DNA from: Candidatus Poribacteria bacterium
Lineage (GTDB): Bacteria > Poribacteria > WGA-4E > WGA-3G
Length of the DNA: 64,000 bases
NCBI GenBank assembly: GCA_965242965.1
Contig: OZ251518.1
Coordinates: forward strand, 2,720,001 to 2,784,000
Direction of reading: 5' to 3'
Below are positions 29,948 through 40,185 of this stretch, piece after piece (the stretch's first letter is position 1; every line of letters begins with the position of its first letter). The translations under genes were made by a program, and so were the position numbers. Below the pieces are notes generated by a model that did not search any database, was not told the origin of the DNA, and saw only the letters and a list, made by a program, of their open reading frames with translations.

Positions 29948-30794
29948 TAATGTTTACATCCTCAGCAAAGGTCAGACTCATATCCAACGGCATAGCGGAA
30001 TGCGTCAACGCGCCGACAGAGATAACATTGACACCCGTTGCTGCAACCGCCCGCACCTGTTCCAGCGTGATGCCGCCGGATGCCTCCGTGAGGGCTCTCC
30101 CGCCAATCTGTTCAACGGCGCGCCGCATGAGTTCAACGGACATGTTATCAAGCATTAAGACATCGGCACCTGCCTTCAGTGCCTCGTCCACCTGCGCCGC
30201 TGTCTCCACCTCTACCTCAATCTTTGCAGTATGCGGGACAACCGCGCGTGACTTCTGCACCGCGTTCGCTATGCCACCGGCGGCGACGATATGGTTATCC
30301 TTAATCAACACGCCATCGAAAAGCCCGAATCGGTGATTATGTCCCCCACCGATGCGCACGGCGTATTTCTGCACAGCGCGCCAACCAGCCGCTGTCTTCC
30401 GCGTATCCACGATTTTGACATCGTAGTCCGAAACGGCGTTGACAAATTGCGCCGTGAGCGTGGCGATACCGGAAAGCCGCTGCAGGAAGTTGAGCGCGGT
30501 GCGTTCGCCTATCAGAATTGACTTCGCGCTGCCCTGCACCTCGGCGATTCGGGTGCCTGCGACAACTTCATCACCCTCGTTAACCAGCGGACGAAAAATG
30601 AGTGTCGCATCGAGTCTCTTGAACACGCGCGCCGCCACAGGCAGCCCTGCGACAACACCACCGCTTTTGGCAACGATGCTCCCAACCGCTTGTTGAGAAT
30701 CCGGGACCGTCGCCTCGGTGGTGATGTCGCCGATGCCGATGTCCTCCGCGAAGGCGAGTTCAAGTAGGGCATCTATTGAACGCAGGTTGAGCAT
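29940..30794 (-). CDS. nadC: Quinolinate phosphoribosyltransferase
   Basis: Motifs 'ED...GDIT', 'ERTALNFLQRLSGIAT', 'DTRKT', 'LIKDNH', 'MLDN', 'EASGG' and 'GALTHSA'. Confidence 0.95.
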   Translation of the reverse strand: MLNLRSIDALLELAFAEDIGIGDITTEATVPDSQQAVGSIVAKSGGVVAGLPVAARVFKRLDATLIFRPLVNEGDEVVAGTRIAEVQGSAKSILIGERTALNFLQRLSGIATLTAQFVNAVSDYDVKIVDTRKTAAGWRAVQKYAVRIGGGHNHRFGLFDGVLIKDNHIVAAGGIANAVQKSRAVVPHTAKIEVEVETAAQVDEALKAGADVLMLDNMSVELMRRAVEQIGGRALTEASGGITLEQVRAVAATGVNVISVGALTHSAMPLDMSLTFAEDVNINA

Positions 30795-30829
30795 AGTTTC
30801 TTGCCCTTTTAAATTACGCGAATTCCAAT

Positions 30830-31744
30830 CTAATACCGCTCCAAATACGGCGTAAGGAACTTCTTCGCATCTTCCGTCACTTCCCACGCATTTGGCCAGA
30901 AGCAGAGATCGATGGAGAACCAGTCGCCATCGTAGCCGGTTTCTTCCATGATGACAGGGATAATCGCGTCAAAGTCAAGCACGCCTTGTCCGAACGGCGC
31001 GTGCGTGCTCGTCTCATCGTGATGGAGCGTGTTATCGGAATCAATGAGGTGGAAATGTCCGATTTGCCCCTTGAGTTGCCGCGCCAAATCTATCACGCCG
31101 TTATCGCCGAGTGTTTCCTGTTCGCCTACTTGCCGCGCGCCGACGACTGCGCACATCTGCGCATGGCATGTGTCAAACATCACCTTGAAATTGGGATGCC
31201 CGACTGCTTGTGGCATTGCGATAATCTCGCTCGGTTTGTTGAACATGAAGCCGGGTTCAAACTCCCAGAGCATGAGGACACCGTGGTCTTCCGCAACTTG
31301 CGCGCAGCGTTTCCAGACATCGACAATCCGCGCCCAGGCTGTCTGCCTGTCTACGCCGGGAATTTCTGCCTCTGCATCGGTGACAGTATCCACGCGAATC
31401 GTGGGTGAACCGAGGTCTAAGGCGAGTTGGAGGTTTTCTTTGAACAGCTTGAAGTATCTGTCATCCTCCTGCGCCTCGTCCGTGGCGGGCCCGGGGTGAG
31501 ACCAGAAGTCGGCGGCGAGCCCGGAGACTTCCAAGCCGTGTGAGGCGATGAGTGCTTTCACAGCATCCCGGTCACTTTTCATCGGGTAGTCATTGATGTC
31601 AATGTGCGGTTTGAACGCGCCTATCTCCACGCCATCAAAATCAAGTTCGCTGAGGCGTTTGACGACGGTGTCAAACAGCACGGGGTTGTCTTCATAGGGG
31701 CCAAAAGTGTAAGCCCAACTGCCAATGGACAATTTTTTTGCCAT
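30830..31744 (-). CDS. Sugar phosphate isomerase/epimerase (xylose-isomerase-like TIM barrel)
   Basis: Motifs 'WEFEP', 'FDTCH', 'HFHLID' and 'G.G.LDF'. Confidence 0.85.
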   Translation of the reverse strand: MAKKLSIGSWAYTFGPYEDNPVLFDTVVKRLSELDFDGVEIGAFKPHIDINDYPMKSDRDAVKALIASHGLEVSGLAADFWSHPGPATDEAQEDDRYFKLFKENLQLALDLGSPTIRVDTVTDAEAEIPGVDRQTAWARIVDVWKRCAQVAEDHGVLMLWEFEPGFMFNKPSEIIAMPQAVGHPNFKVMFDTCHAQMCAVVGARQVGEQETLGDNGVIDLARQLKGQIGHFHLIDSDNTLHHDETSTHAPFGQGVLDFDAIIPVIMEETGYDGDWFSIDLCFWPNAWEVTEDAKKFLTPYLERY

Positions 31745-31777
31745 GTTTCGTTTCCTTTTTAGCAGAATCGTAACTAG

Positions 31778-31939
31778 AGTGCGGGGGCTTGTCCCCCGCG
31801 CGATTTTATCCGTTTTCACCGTAGTGCGGGGGCCTGTCCCCCGCAAACTTCAATGCGTTTTCACCGTAGTGCGGGGGCTTGTCCCCCGCGCGATTTTATC
31901 CGTTTTCACCGTAGTGCGGGGGCCTGTCCCCCGCAAACT
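31778..31939. repeat. REP tandem duplication, 90-bp period
   Basis: 72-bp unit at 31778 and 31868. Confidence 0.85.
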
Positions 31940-31943
31940 CCTA

Positions 31944-33053
31944 TTAGGAGATTGTCGGCGGATAACAGCAGATAATCTCCATCGGTTCGTCACTGGTGCT
32001 GACGATGTCGTAGCCTGGGAGGCACCGCGGAATGAAAACGGATTTACCGCGGCGGAGTGAGACATCGTCAAAAGCCCCGCGCAGTTTACCTTCGCCGCCT
32101 AATGTGACGAGGCAATAAAACCCTTTTCCGGCGGGCATGCTGAGGGTTGAAGCCACTGTCAGCCGGGAACAACCGAAGTATTGCGATGCTTCCTCCGGCA
32201 CAATCCGGTCTTCGCGGCTGTCGCCTTCTTCCCTGACGAGTGCAGGTGTGCGCCGGATGTAGTTGTTGAGGTAGTCCAAGTCTAGTTTGTCAAATTCGGC
32301 GGCATCAACAGCCAGATCCCAGCCGAGTCCGAGGTGTCCGGCTTCTCTGTCGTATGGGAAACCCTCCCATTCGGCGAGGATGTTCCAATCGGTGGGTTCT
32401 TGCGGTTCCAGCACGCAGAGTCCTGTGCCGAGTGAATGGACAATCGGCGTGCGTAAGAAGTATACTTCGCCCACCTTCGGTTCAACGACGTGCATGAGGC
32501 TGCGCAGCGTTTGCACGTCCTGTGCTTCCATTAAGCGGCGGAAGTCTGCCTTGTCAACGGCTTCCTTCCATCCTATCCACGCTTTTGCGCCGGGGCGTGT
32601 GCCGATGAGTATCCATGCCTCATTTTTGCCGAACGGCGAGTTGAGGTGTTCTTGCGCGAAGTCCGGGTTCGGATGCCAGTGTATGGGGATATGCGCCCCT
32701 TCGCCGACATCGAAAATCTTGAGCAGCACTCCCAGGTCGGTGCCGTATTTAGCGACGTGCGCGCTGCCGAGGGTTTCTTCGGGGAACGCGTCCAACAGCT
32801 CCTTCAGTAAGACGACTTCGCCGCTGGGGAGTTGGATGCGGCTTAAGCCTTTGTCCGGCGGATTCTCTCTGCCGGGGGTGATTGCCCGGTTCGTCGAGAA
32901 AATCCATTCTTCGGAATAATAGTCGTCTTTAGGTTCTGGTTCGCCCATGAACTCGGCGCGAAGTTTTCCACCGTTATAGAAATGCAGATAGGTATTCGGT
33001 GCCAAGGCGATGGGCGCGGCTAACATTGATTTTAAATCGGTTTGTGATGCCAT
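31944..33053 (-). CDS. Class I mannose-6-phosphate isomerase-like cupin
   Basis: Motifs 'LLKIFD...IHWHP', 'GKNEAW' and 'VHSLG...LEPQE'. Confidence 0.8.
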   Translation of the reverse strand: MASQTDLKSMLAAPIALAPNTYLHFYNGGKLRAEFMGEPEPKDDYYSEEWIFSTNRAITPGRENPPDKGLSRIQLPSGEVVLLKELLDAFPEETLGSAHVAKYGTDLGVLLKIFDVGEGAHIPIHWHPNPDFAQEHLNSPFGKNEAWILIGTRPGAKAWIGWKEAVDKADFRRLMEAQDVQTLRSLMHVVEPKVGEVYFLRTPIVHSLGTGLCVLEPQEPTDWNILAEWEGFPYDREAGHLGLGWDLAVDAAEFDKLDLDYLNNYIRRTPALVREEGDSREDRIVPEEASQYFGCSRLTVASTLSMPAGKGFYCLVTLGGEGKLRGAFDDVSLRRGKSVFIPRCLPGYDIVSTSDEPMEIICCYPPTIS

Positions 33054-33081
33054 ATTGCTGTCCTTTTTCTGATTTTTTATT

Positions 33082-33171
33082 AGTTTAACATGTTACGCGG
33101 AATTTTGTCAAGTTTTTAATGTGGGGATTTTTTCGTTTGCGCTTGACAAACGCGGAAAGAGATGGTAAAAT
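33082..33171. promoter_or_regulatory. Divergent sigma70 promoters
   Basis: Plus strand TTGACA(33143)-17-TAAAAT. Minus strand TTGACA(33111)-18-TAAACT. Confidence 0.65.
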
Positions 33172-33237
33172 ATCTCTATCAACAAATCCCTGTAAAGGGC
33201 CGTGAGACGAATGACGCTAACCCGGAGGATAAAAGCG

Positions 33238-35430
33238 ATGAGATACTTCTTGGCACTCATAGCGATTTCGGTTTTGTTTTTCCCTAGCGGAAGCTGCGCC
33301 CAAGAATACACAACCTGGGGCTTACCCGACGGTGCAAGGGCTCGTTCTGGGAAAGGACGGATAACGGCTATCCGATTCTCTCCAGATGGCTCGCTGTTGG
33401 CAGTGGGGAGCACCGTAGGGCTCTGGCTCTATGATGCGCATACCGGTAAAGAGATTGCACTGCTGCGCGGCATCGGCGACACCAAGAAAATAGTCTTTTC
33501 TCCTAACGGTGAACTCCTTGCAAGCGCAGGCTGGGGCATCATTCAATTGTGGGATGTCGCCACATACAGCGAATTGCACACGTTCCCCAACAATATCACC
33601 TCTCGTTTGGGAGAGACGATGGCTTTCACCACGGATGGGAAAACGCTTATCTGTTTAGGGGGTAAATGGGAACCGCAGTTTCAGGCGTGGGACGTTCACT
33701 CGGGGGAATTGCTGCCAGATATTCCGGCGCGGAAACGCAGGGCTCTGCCGGTGAGAAAAGATGAGGAACTTAGCCTCACTGTTTCCACGGATGACCCGGG
33801 GCACCAGAAAGACCGGGGCTACTACGCTCAAGCACTTTCCCCGGACGGTTTACTCTTCGCCAGCGCGCCGCGTGGCATCACGATTATTGATGGGGTTTCC
33901 GATGGTGAGATTCGGTTAACGGACGTTAGAACCGGGGAGGTTATTCCAACGGCTATGCCCATGTTTGCCCTTGTTGACGGCATAGTATTTTCGCCGGATG
34001 GCAGAACGCTTGCCGACGTAGGAAGGCGGCACGGCATGAATTTGTGGGATATCCGCAGTAGCCGCAAATTGACTGCTATTAATCTCCCGACACGCAGAGT
34101 GAACGCGCTGGTATTTTCGCCGGATGGCAAAACGTTTGCAATTGCCAATGCGAAGACTGAGGTTCGGTTGCGCGAAGTAAGCACTGGCAAACGCATCTTG
34201 TCCTTCACATCGGAGCCTGCTCCCTCCTTACTGAGGACGGATGCGCTCGCTTTGGCATTCTCGCCAAATGGCGAAACGCTTGCCATCGCGACAGAAAGCA
34301 CCGTTGAAATGTGGGATGTCCACACAGGGCAACGGCTGTCAACCCTCGCCGAGCATCCGGCGATAGATACCCTGATAACGAATAACCAGAATTTTCTCAG
34401 TGTTGGTTTCCAATGGCGGGATATCCAGACAGGACAGATTCAAGCAGACTTGACACCTGGCGTAACTGCGCTTGTCTCATACGCTGAGGAGATAGAGGAC
34501 ATTTGGGCCGTCGCCTTATCACCTGATGGCACAACGTTCGCCACCGGAAGTGAAGCCGGTCTCCTGCATCTGTGGAACGCGCGGACTGGGGAACTTTTGT
34601 CCACTTTAAGAGGGCATACAGGTATCGTCACAGCATTGGCATTCACTGCTGATAGCGCACTGCTTGCGAGTGCTAGCAAGGATGGCACGATCCGGTTGTG
34701 GGCGGTAGCCACGGGACAACTGAAGGCAACGCTCACGGAGCATGATATTGGCGTTGCATTGGAAACTCAGCTGCATGTTAGGGCGGAAGTCCTGCAACCA
34801 TCGGAATTTGGCGAAAGTCAGGAGCCGGAACCATCGCAACCTGTGGAAGAATCTGAAGAGACTGAAGATGCGTGGAATTCCTTATTTGACGTGTTCGTTA
34901 ATAATCTCGCATTTTCGCCCAATGGCGCGACGCTCGCAAGCGCAAGTTTGGCTGGCACCATCTGGCTGTGGGAGGTAGACACCGCCCGATTGATAGCAAC
35001 CCTCAAAGAGCATGAGCCGTGGATGAAGGATTCTAGCGAATTCGCCAAGGTGGGATTGGCATTCTCCCCGGACAGCACGCGCCTCGCGAGTAGTAGTTGG
35101 GATGGCACCATCATGATATCGGGCATGATATCGGCGTTTCGCACAGAGGAGATGCCACTTCTCCTTCCGGGAAAAGCAGGACCGGAGTTTACGATACAAT
35201 TCACAGCTTTGGCGTGGGCACCGGATGGCACCCGACTTGTCAGTGGTAGCATGGCTGAAAGCCTCCAAATCTGGGATACGGAGACAGGCACCGAGTTGCG
35301 CACTATCCAAGGACATACGGGCGGCATAACTGGCGTGGCATTTTCGCAGAATGGCAAAACCGTCGCCAGTGCCAGTAAGGACGGGACAATTCTTTTGTGG
35401 GATTGGGATAAAATCACTGCAATACGGTAG
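33238..35430 (+). CDS. Secreted WD40-repeat protein
   Basis: Signal peptide, 'WGLPDGARAR.GKG' start and many 'FSPDG..LAS...I.LWD' repeats. The stop TAG is part of a REP GTAG. Confidence 0.9.
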   Translation: MRYFLALIAISVLFFPSGSCAQEYTTWGLPDGARARSGKGRITAIRFSPDGSLLAVGSTVGLWLYDAHTGKEIALLRGIGDTKKIVFSPNGELLASAGWGIIQLWDVATYSELHTFPNNITSRLGETMAFTTDGKTLICLGGKWEPQFQAWDVHSGELLPDIPARKRRALPVRKDEELSLTVSTDDPGHQKDRGYYAQALSPDGLLFASAPRGITIIDGVSDGEIRLTDVRTGEVIPTAMPMFALVDGIVFSPDGRTLADVGRRHGMNLWDIRSSRKLTAINLPTRRVNALVFSPDGKTFAIANAKTEVRLREVSTGKRILSFTSEPAPSLLRTDALALAFSPNGETLAIATESTVEMWDVHTGQRLSTLAEHPAIDTLITNNQNFLSVGFQWRDIQTGQIQADLTPGVTALVSYAEEIEDIWAVALSPDGTTFATGSEAGLLHLWNARTGELLSTLRGHTGIVTALAFTADSALLASASKDGTIRLWAVATGQLKATLTEHDIGVALETQLHVRAEVLQPSEFGESQEPEPSQPVEESEETEDAWNSLFDVFVNNLAFSPNGATLASASLAGTIWLWEVDTARLIATLKEHEPWMKDSSEFAKVGLAFSPDSTRLASSSWDGTIMISGMISAFRTEEMPLLLPGKAGPEFTIQFTALAWAPDGTRLVSGSMAESLQIWDTETGTELRTIQGHTGGITGVAFSQNGKTVASASKDGTILLWDWDKITAIR

Positions 35431-35870
35431 GCGAGCCCTCCTGGTCTCGATGCAATAGACTCGTTCGGGTGCAGGCGCACCCGAACTACAGAGCGGTTCG
35501 GTGGACCGGAGCATGGCGAGGGACAGGCCCTCGCCCTACGGTGAAAGGGAGCCGTTCTGCGGCTAAGAAACCGTCCGGTTACCGTAGCGCGGGGGCCTGT
35601 CCCCCGCGAACGTCCCGTAGGCGAGCCCTCCTGGTCTCGATGCAATAGACTCGTTCGGGTGCAGGCGCACCCGAACTACAGAGCGGTTCGGTGGACCGCC
35701 GCATGGCGAGGGACAGGCCCTCGCCCTACGGTGAAAGGGAGCCGTTCTGCGGCTAAGAAACCGTCCGGTTACCGTAGCGCGGGGGCCTGTCCCCCGCGAA
35801 CGTCCCGTAGGCGAGCCCTCCCGGTCTCGATGCAATAGACTCGTTCGGGTGCAGGCGCACCCGAACTACA
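35427..35870. repeat. 190-bp tandem repeat (2.3 copies) built from four REP modules
   Basis: Near-identical units start at 35427, 35617 and 35807. Confidence 0.9.
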
Positions 35871-35949
35871 AGGCGAGAGTGCGCGCTGTCTATAGTTCAG
35901 GAGTGCCTGCGCCTGACATGTTTGTGCTCAGGTGCTTGCACTTGATGTT

Positions 35950-36234
35950 TTCCCGGTAGGAGGGACATCCCTGTCCCGATACAAACCACATCAAGATCCG
36001 GCGGAAGAATTCGAGACCAGGAGGGCTCTCCTACACTTGATGTCCCGGTAGGAGGGACATCCCTGTCCCGATAGGAACCACATCGAGATCCGGCGGAAAA
36101 AATTCGAGACCAGGAGGGCTCTCCTACGGGGACATCGCTTGCATCGAGACCAGGAGGTCTCTCCTACTGGGGAAACGGAAGCACTCGGGGTGTCGCGAAA
36201 CCATTTTGACAACAACGAGTTATGAAACACCCTC
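35950..36234. repeat. REP cluster ending in a lone TIR
   Basis: GTAGGAGGGACATCCCTGTCCCG twice, GAGACCAGGAG..CTCTCCTAC three times, and TATGAAACACCCTC at 36221-36234. Confidence 0.8.
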
Positions 36235-37261
36235 ATTTAAAAACCACAATCAATTTCCGTGCAACAGCATGTTGCGCAGCCGCCTTCGCATGAATAACCA
36301 AAATATACCGCCCATTGCGCACGAGGATATCCTCATCTGTCAAACCATCCCACTGCGCGACGTTGGGGCCGATAGAACAAGGCGCGTGATCTAAAAGCCG
36401 CCGAAGCCGCCTGTCTCGCAAATCAAAGATGTCCATCGTGACGAACGCTTGGACTGCATCCGGCGCGTTCAAGCGATAGATTATTGTGAGGCGATGCATG
36501 TCGGGCGCGAAAAAGACGCGCGGCGACAGTGTGACATTCTCAATTGTAAGACGATTGGAACGCAACATCTCGATTTTCGGTGCCATCAAGGTATAAACAC
36601 CTAAGTGGTTAATCGTGGCAGTCACGGTGCCTTGAAGCGCGTTCACTCGGCCGCTCAGCGGCACCCATCTTTTCTGGTAACGTTCCCAAAAATGGATGCG
36701 GGGTATTGCGGGTATCACCTCGCTATGCGCAAATCGTAATTGTGCAGGACGTTTCAAAACGAGTTTGTCAGGAGACAGCCGAATAACGCTGACGAGCCGC
36801 TGGGATTCTGACAACGGCAGCCCTGGCGGCGCGATAATCTCTACCGCTATCCGTTGTGGAGTTAAAAACGCATTCGGTGGAAATTCTATCTTGACCCCGG
36901 TGGGACTGCTGAAAGTCCCTCCCTCAATACCAATCGTTTGAGTGGCGGGGACAATTTTAATCGGCGCGGCTTGCTCTATAGAGGCACCCTTCGCTATAAG
37001 CGTCCCCTCGCCGACAAACACCGCCGTGAACACGGGAGGTTCGCCTGAAACTTTGCCTAAATTTCTGGAGATAAACCAGCGGACAGGAACGCGTTGTCCA
37101 TCGGTTGATACTGCCGTGAGGCGGTAAGCCTTGCCAGAGATGAGTTCGTAGGGAGGAGTCAGTTCCACTTCACCATCAAATAAGTGAATCTCGAACTCGG
37201 CGGAAACGGGCATGCACAGGGTTATTGTCAAGATAACGATTAGGCGCGAGATATTAATCAT
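36233..37261 (-). CDS. Secreted protein with ZU5-like and C-terminal FlgD-Ig-like domains
   Basis: Signal peptide. 'GG.F.SP.GVKIEFPPNA' and 'IFDL....LRRL...WDG......V.NG.Y'. Confidence 0.7.
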   Translation of the reverse strand: MINISRLIVILTITLCMPVSAEFEIHLFDGEVELTPPYELISGKAYRLTAVSTDGQRVPVRWFISRNLGKVSGEPPVFTAVFVGEGTLIAKGASIEQAAPIKIVPATQTIGIEGGTFSSPTGVKIEFPPNAFLTPQRIAVEIIAPPGLPLSESQRLVSVIRLSPDKLVLKRPAQLRFAHSEVIPAIPRIHFWERYQKRWVPLSGRVNALQGTVTATINHLGVYTLMAPKIEMLRSNRLTIENVTLSPRVFFAPDMHRLTIIYRLNAPDAVQAFVTMDIFDLRDRRLRRLLDHAPCSIGPNVAQWDGLTDEDILVRNGRYILVIHAKAAAQHAVARKLIVVFK

Positions 37262-37455
37262 TTCATTTTCACCGTAGCTATTTCCCCGTAGCGCGGGGGC
37301 CTGTCCCCCGCGATCTCACACTGTTACTTGAAAGACGTATTTTCATTTTCACCGTAGCACGGGGGCCCTCGGATGCCACACGCGCATCCGAGCGGGTTTC
37401 CCCCGCGATGCCTCGCTGTCACCGTAGCGCGGGGGGCCTGTCCCCCGCGATGCCT
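37262..37455. repeat. REP cluster
   Basis: CGTAGCGCGGGGGCCTGTCCCCCGCG copies. Confidence 0.8.
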
Positions 37456-37503
37456 CGCCCAAGCGAACATGGCCCTCACCCACCGAAACTGTGGAGTCAA
37501 ACA

Positions 37504-39525
37504 ATGAATGCCCTTATCAAATTAGATCCGTTGTTAAAACCTTATGCGACACAACTGTCCCAGAGATACGCACGCTATCTCCAGCGCAAGACTGAAATTG
37601 AGAAGGCAGACAGCCAAGATGGCGGCCTCCTCGGACAGATAAGCCAAGGGCACCGATACTTCGGATTTACCCGCAGCGGCACCGGCATCTGGTATCGTGA
37701 ATGGGCCCCTGCTGCGCACGCGCTCTCCCTCATCGGCGATTTTAACGGGTGGGACCGCGGCGCACACCCGATGACGCGCGACGAATGGGGAGTGTGGCAC
37801 ATTTTCCTGCCAGATGGACTCCCTCACGGAAGCCGCGTGAAGGTGCATGTCGTCTCCGAACTCGGCGCGCGGGACAGGATTCCTGCCTATATCCAGCGCG
37901 TCGTGCAGGAAGGAGACGCTGCCTTCGTCGGGCAGTATTGGGCACCACCGAACCCGTATCAGTGGCATCACGAGTCGCCAGCGCGTCTGAAAAGGGCACC
38001 TACGGACCGCAGCGAAGGATTGCGGATTTATGAGGCGCATGTCGGTATGGCGCAAGAGTCAGAAAAAATCGGCACTTTCACTGAATTTACGCACAATATC
38101 CTCCCTCGCATTCAGGCACTCGGCTATAACGCCGTGCAACTGATGGCAATCATGGAGCATCCTTACTACGCGAGTTTCGGGTATCATGTCAGCAATTTCT
38201 TTGCGGTGTCAAGCCGATTCGGGACACCGGAGGAACTGAAGCACCTCATTGATACTGCACACAGCATGGGGTTGCTGGTTATCATGGATTTGGTGCATAG
38301 CCACGCTGTTAAGAATTTTGACGAAGGATTAAACCGTTTTGACGGCACCGAGCATCACTATTTTCACGCCGGGGCGAAGGGTGTCCACACCGCTTGGGAT
38401 TCGCGCTGTTTTGATTATCGTCAATATGAAGTGCTGCGGTTTCTGCTCAGCAACATCCGCTATTGGCTTGAAACCTATCGGTTTGATGGATTTCGCATTG
38501 ACGGTGTCACCAGCATGCTCTACGAAGACCACGGGCTTGGGCAGAAATTCACCGGTTACGATGACTATTTCAACGCGCAAGTTGAGTTGGATGCGGTTGC
38601 CTACCTCATGTTGGCGAATGAGCTCATTCACGCCGTGAACCCGAACGCTATCTCTATCGCGGAGGAGGTGAGTGGGATGCCCGGCCTCGCGCGCCCGACG
38701 GAAGAAGGCGGCCTCGGTTTTGACTATCGCCTCGCCATGGGCATCCCCGATTATTGGATTCAACTCATCAAGGAGAAATCAGACGAAGAATGGCACCTCG
38801 GCGAGATTTATGGCATGCTACTCAACCGCCGCGCGGGCGAAAAACACATCGCTTACGTTGAAAGCCACGACCAGGGTATTGTCGGCGATAAGACGCTTGC
38901 GATGCAACTGATGGACGCGGAACTCTACGAGAACATGAGCATCTTTTCGGAGAGCCCAGTCATCGCGCGCGGGATTGCGTTGCATAAACTCATCCGCCTC
39001 CTCACCTTTAGCCTCGGCGGCGAGGGATACCTCAACTTTATGGGCAACGAATTCGGGCATCCGGAGTGGATAGACTTTCCACGCGCGGGTAATAACGACT
39101 CCTATTACTATGCGCGACGGCAGTGGTCCCTCGGTGATAGCGACACTCTCCGTTACCAACATCTCAACGCTTTCGACGCGGCGATGCAACAACTCGATGC
39201 GCAGTTCTGTGTGCTAACGGATACCGACGTTCAGTTTCTCTTCATTCGCGAGGAGGCGAAGCAGCTCGTGTATGCGCGCGGCGGGCTCGTCTTCGTCTTC
39301 AATTTCCATCCGACAATATCCTATCGGGACTGGCGTATCCCTGTGCCACAATCTGCTGATTACCGCGTTGTCCTCAATACTGATGACATCGGGTATGGTG
39401 GACAGGGGCACGTTGCGGCAGATACACACTATCCGTGGCAGGATATTTCGATGGAGGGGCAGGCGCAGTCAATTCAGGTGTATGTGCCTGCCCGGAGCGC
39501 GCAGGTCTTGTCTCCGTTCCCGTAG
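37504..39525 (+). CDS. glgB: 1,4-alpha-glucan branching enzyme (eukaryote/Bacteroidota-like GH13_8 type)
   Basis: Motifs 'IYEAHVGM', 'MEHPYYASFGYHV', 'FDGFRIDGVTSMLY', 'IAEEVSG', 'ESHDQ' and 'LNFMGNEFGHPEWIDFPR'. Confidence 0.92.
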   Translation: MNALIKLDPLLKPYATQLSQRYARYLQRKTEIEKADSQDGGLLGQISQGHRYFGFTRSGTGIWYREWAPAAHALSLIGDFNGWDRGAHPMTRDEWGVWHIFLPDGLPHGSRVKVHVVSELGARDRIPAYIQRVVQEGDAAFVGQYWAPPNPYQWHHESPARLKRAPTDRSEGLRIYEAHVGMAQESEKIGTFTEFTHNILPRIQALGYNAVQLMAIMEHPYYASFGYHVSNFFAVSSRFGTPEELKHLIDTAHSMGLLVIMDLVHSHAVKNFDEGLNRFDGTEHHYFHAGAKGVHTAWDSRCFDYRQYEVLRFLLSNIRYWLETYRFDGFRIDGVTSMLYEDHGLGQKFTGYDDYFNAQVELDAVAYLMLANELIHAVNPNAISIAEEVSGMPGLARPTEEGGLGFDYRLAMGIPDYWIQLIKEKSDEEWHLGEIYGMLLNRRAGEKHIAYVESHDQGIVGDKTLAMQLMDAELYENMSIFSESPVIARGIALHKLIRLLTFSLGGEGYLNFMGNEFGHPEWIDFPRAGNNDSYYYARRQWSLGDSDTLRYQHLNAFDAAMQQLDAQFCVLTDTDVQFLFIREEAKQLVYARGGLVFVFNFHPTISYRDWRIPVPQSADYRVVLNTDDIGYGGQGHVAADTHYPWQDISMEGQAQSIQVYVPARSAQVLSPFP

Positions 39526-39561
39526 GGCGGGGGCCTGTCCCTCGCCATGTCACACTTAACC

Positions 39562-40100
39562 GAGGGTGTTTCATATATTGATGTCTTCCCGGTAGGAGAG
39601 ACCTCCTGGTCTCGATTGCTCCCCGTAGGAGAGCCCTCCCGGTCTCGATGTTCCCGTAGCGCGGGGGCCTGTCCCCCGCGTTGTGCCTCGTCAAGCGGTG
39701 GCGTTTTAGGTCCTTTAGGACCTACATGTCTATAGCAGCACGTGTCGGCCCGTTTTCAAGGTCCTTTAGGTCCTTAATAAAACACGCGCGGATCTGGCAA
39801 AAGCTATTAAGGACCTAAAGGACCTTAGTGTTCTTCGCGGGCGCGCGTGCTATAGACATTCAGGTCCTACGGACCTGAAGATAACCAGAGACGTTTTTTT
39901 CGTTCTCCCCTCTCTGTAGTTTGTGATCGCCTGATCACAAACGGGTCAGGATCAGGCGATCCTGACCTACAGGGGTGATGAGGTTTACCAGCCAAACGCA
40001 TGGCGAGGGACAGGCCCTCGCCCTACGTGAAGGGGCGGCGTTTTTTCACCGGAGCGCGGGGTCTGTCATCGCGACGTTGAGCGATTTATGAAACACCCTC
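39562..40100. mobile_element. MITE-like element, 539 bp, 8-bp target duplication ACTTAACC
   Basis: Perfect TIRs. ACTTAACC at 39554-39561 and 40101-40108. Cargo includes REPs and the four-box module. Confidence 0.9.
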
Positions 40101-40185
40101 ACTTAACCGAACGCTCGCGGGGGAAACCCGCTCGGATGCGCGTGTGGCATCCGAGGGCCCCGCGCTACGGGGACCGGGCAGCGGT

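Noticed and set aside
35427-35870. 190-bp tandem repeat as CRISPR array or ncRNA gene
   Set aside because: No unique spacers; it is built entirely from REP modules found elsewhere.
13380-36234. Lone TIRs pairing up as a large composite transposon
   Set aside because: Flanks (ATTTTAATT vs ATTTAAAAA) do not form a duplication, and the interval holds core genes such as dnaN and nadC.
37504-39525. glgB as a transfer from a eukaryotic host
   Set aside because: This branching-enzyme type is known in several bacterial phyla, and its codon style matches its neighbours.
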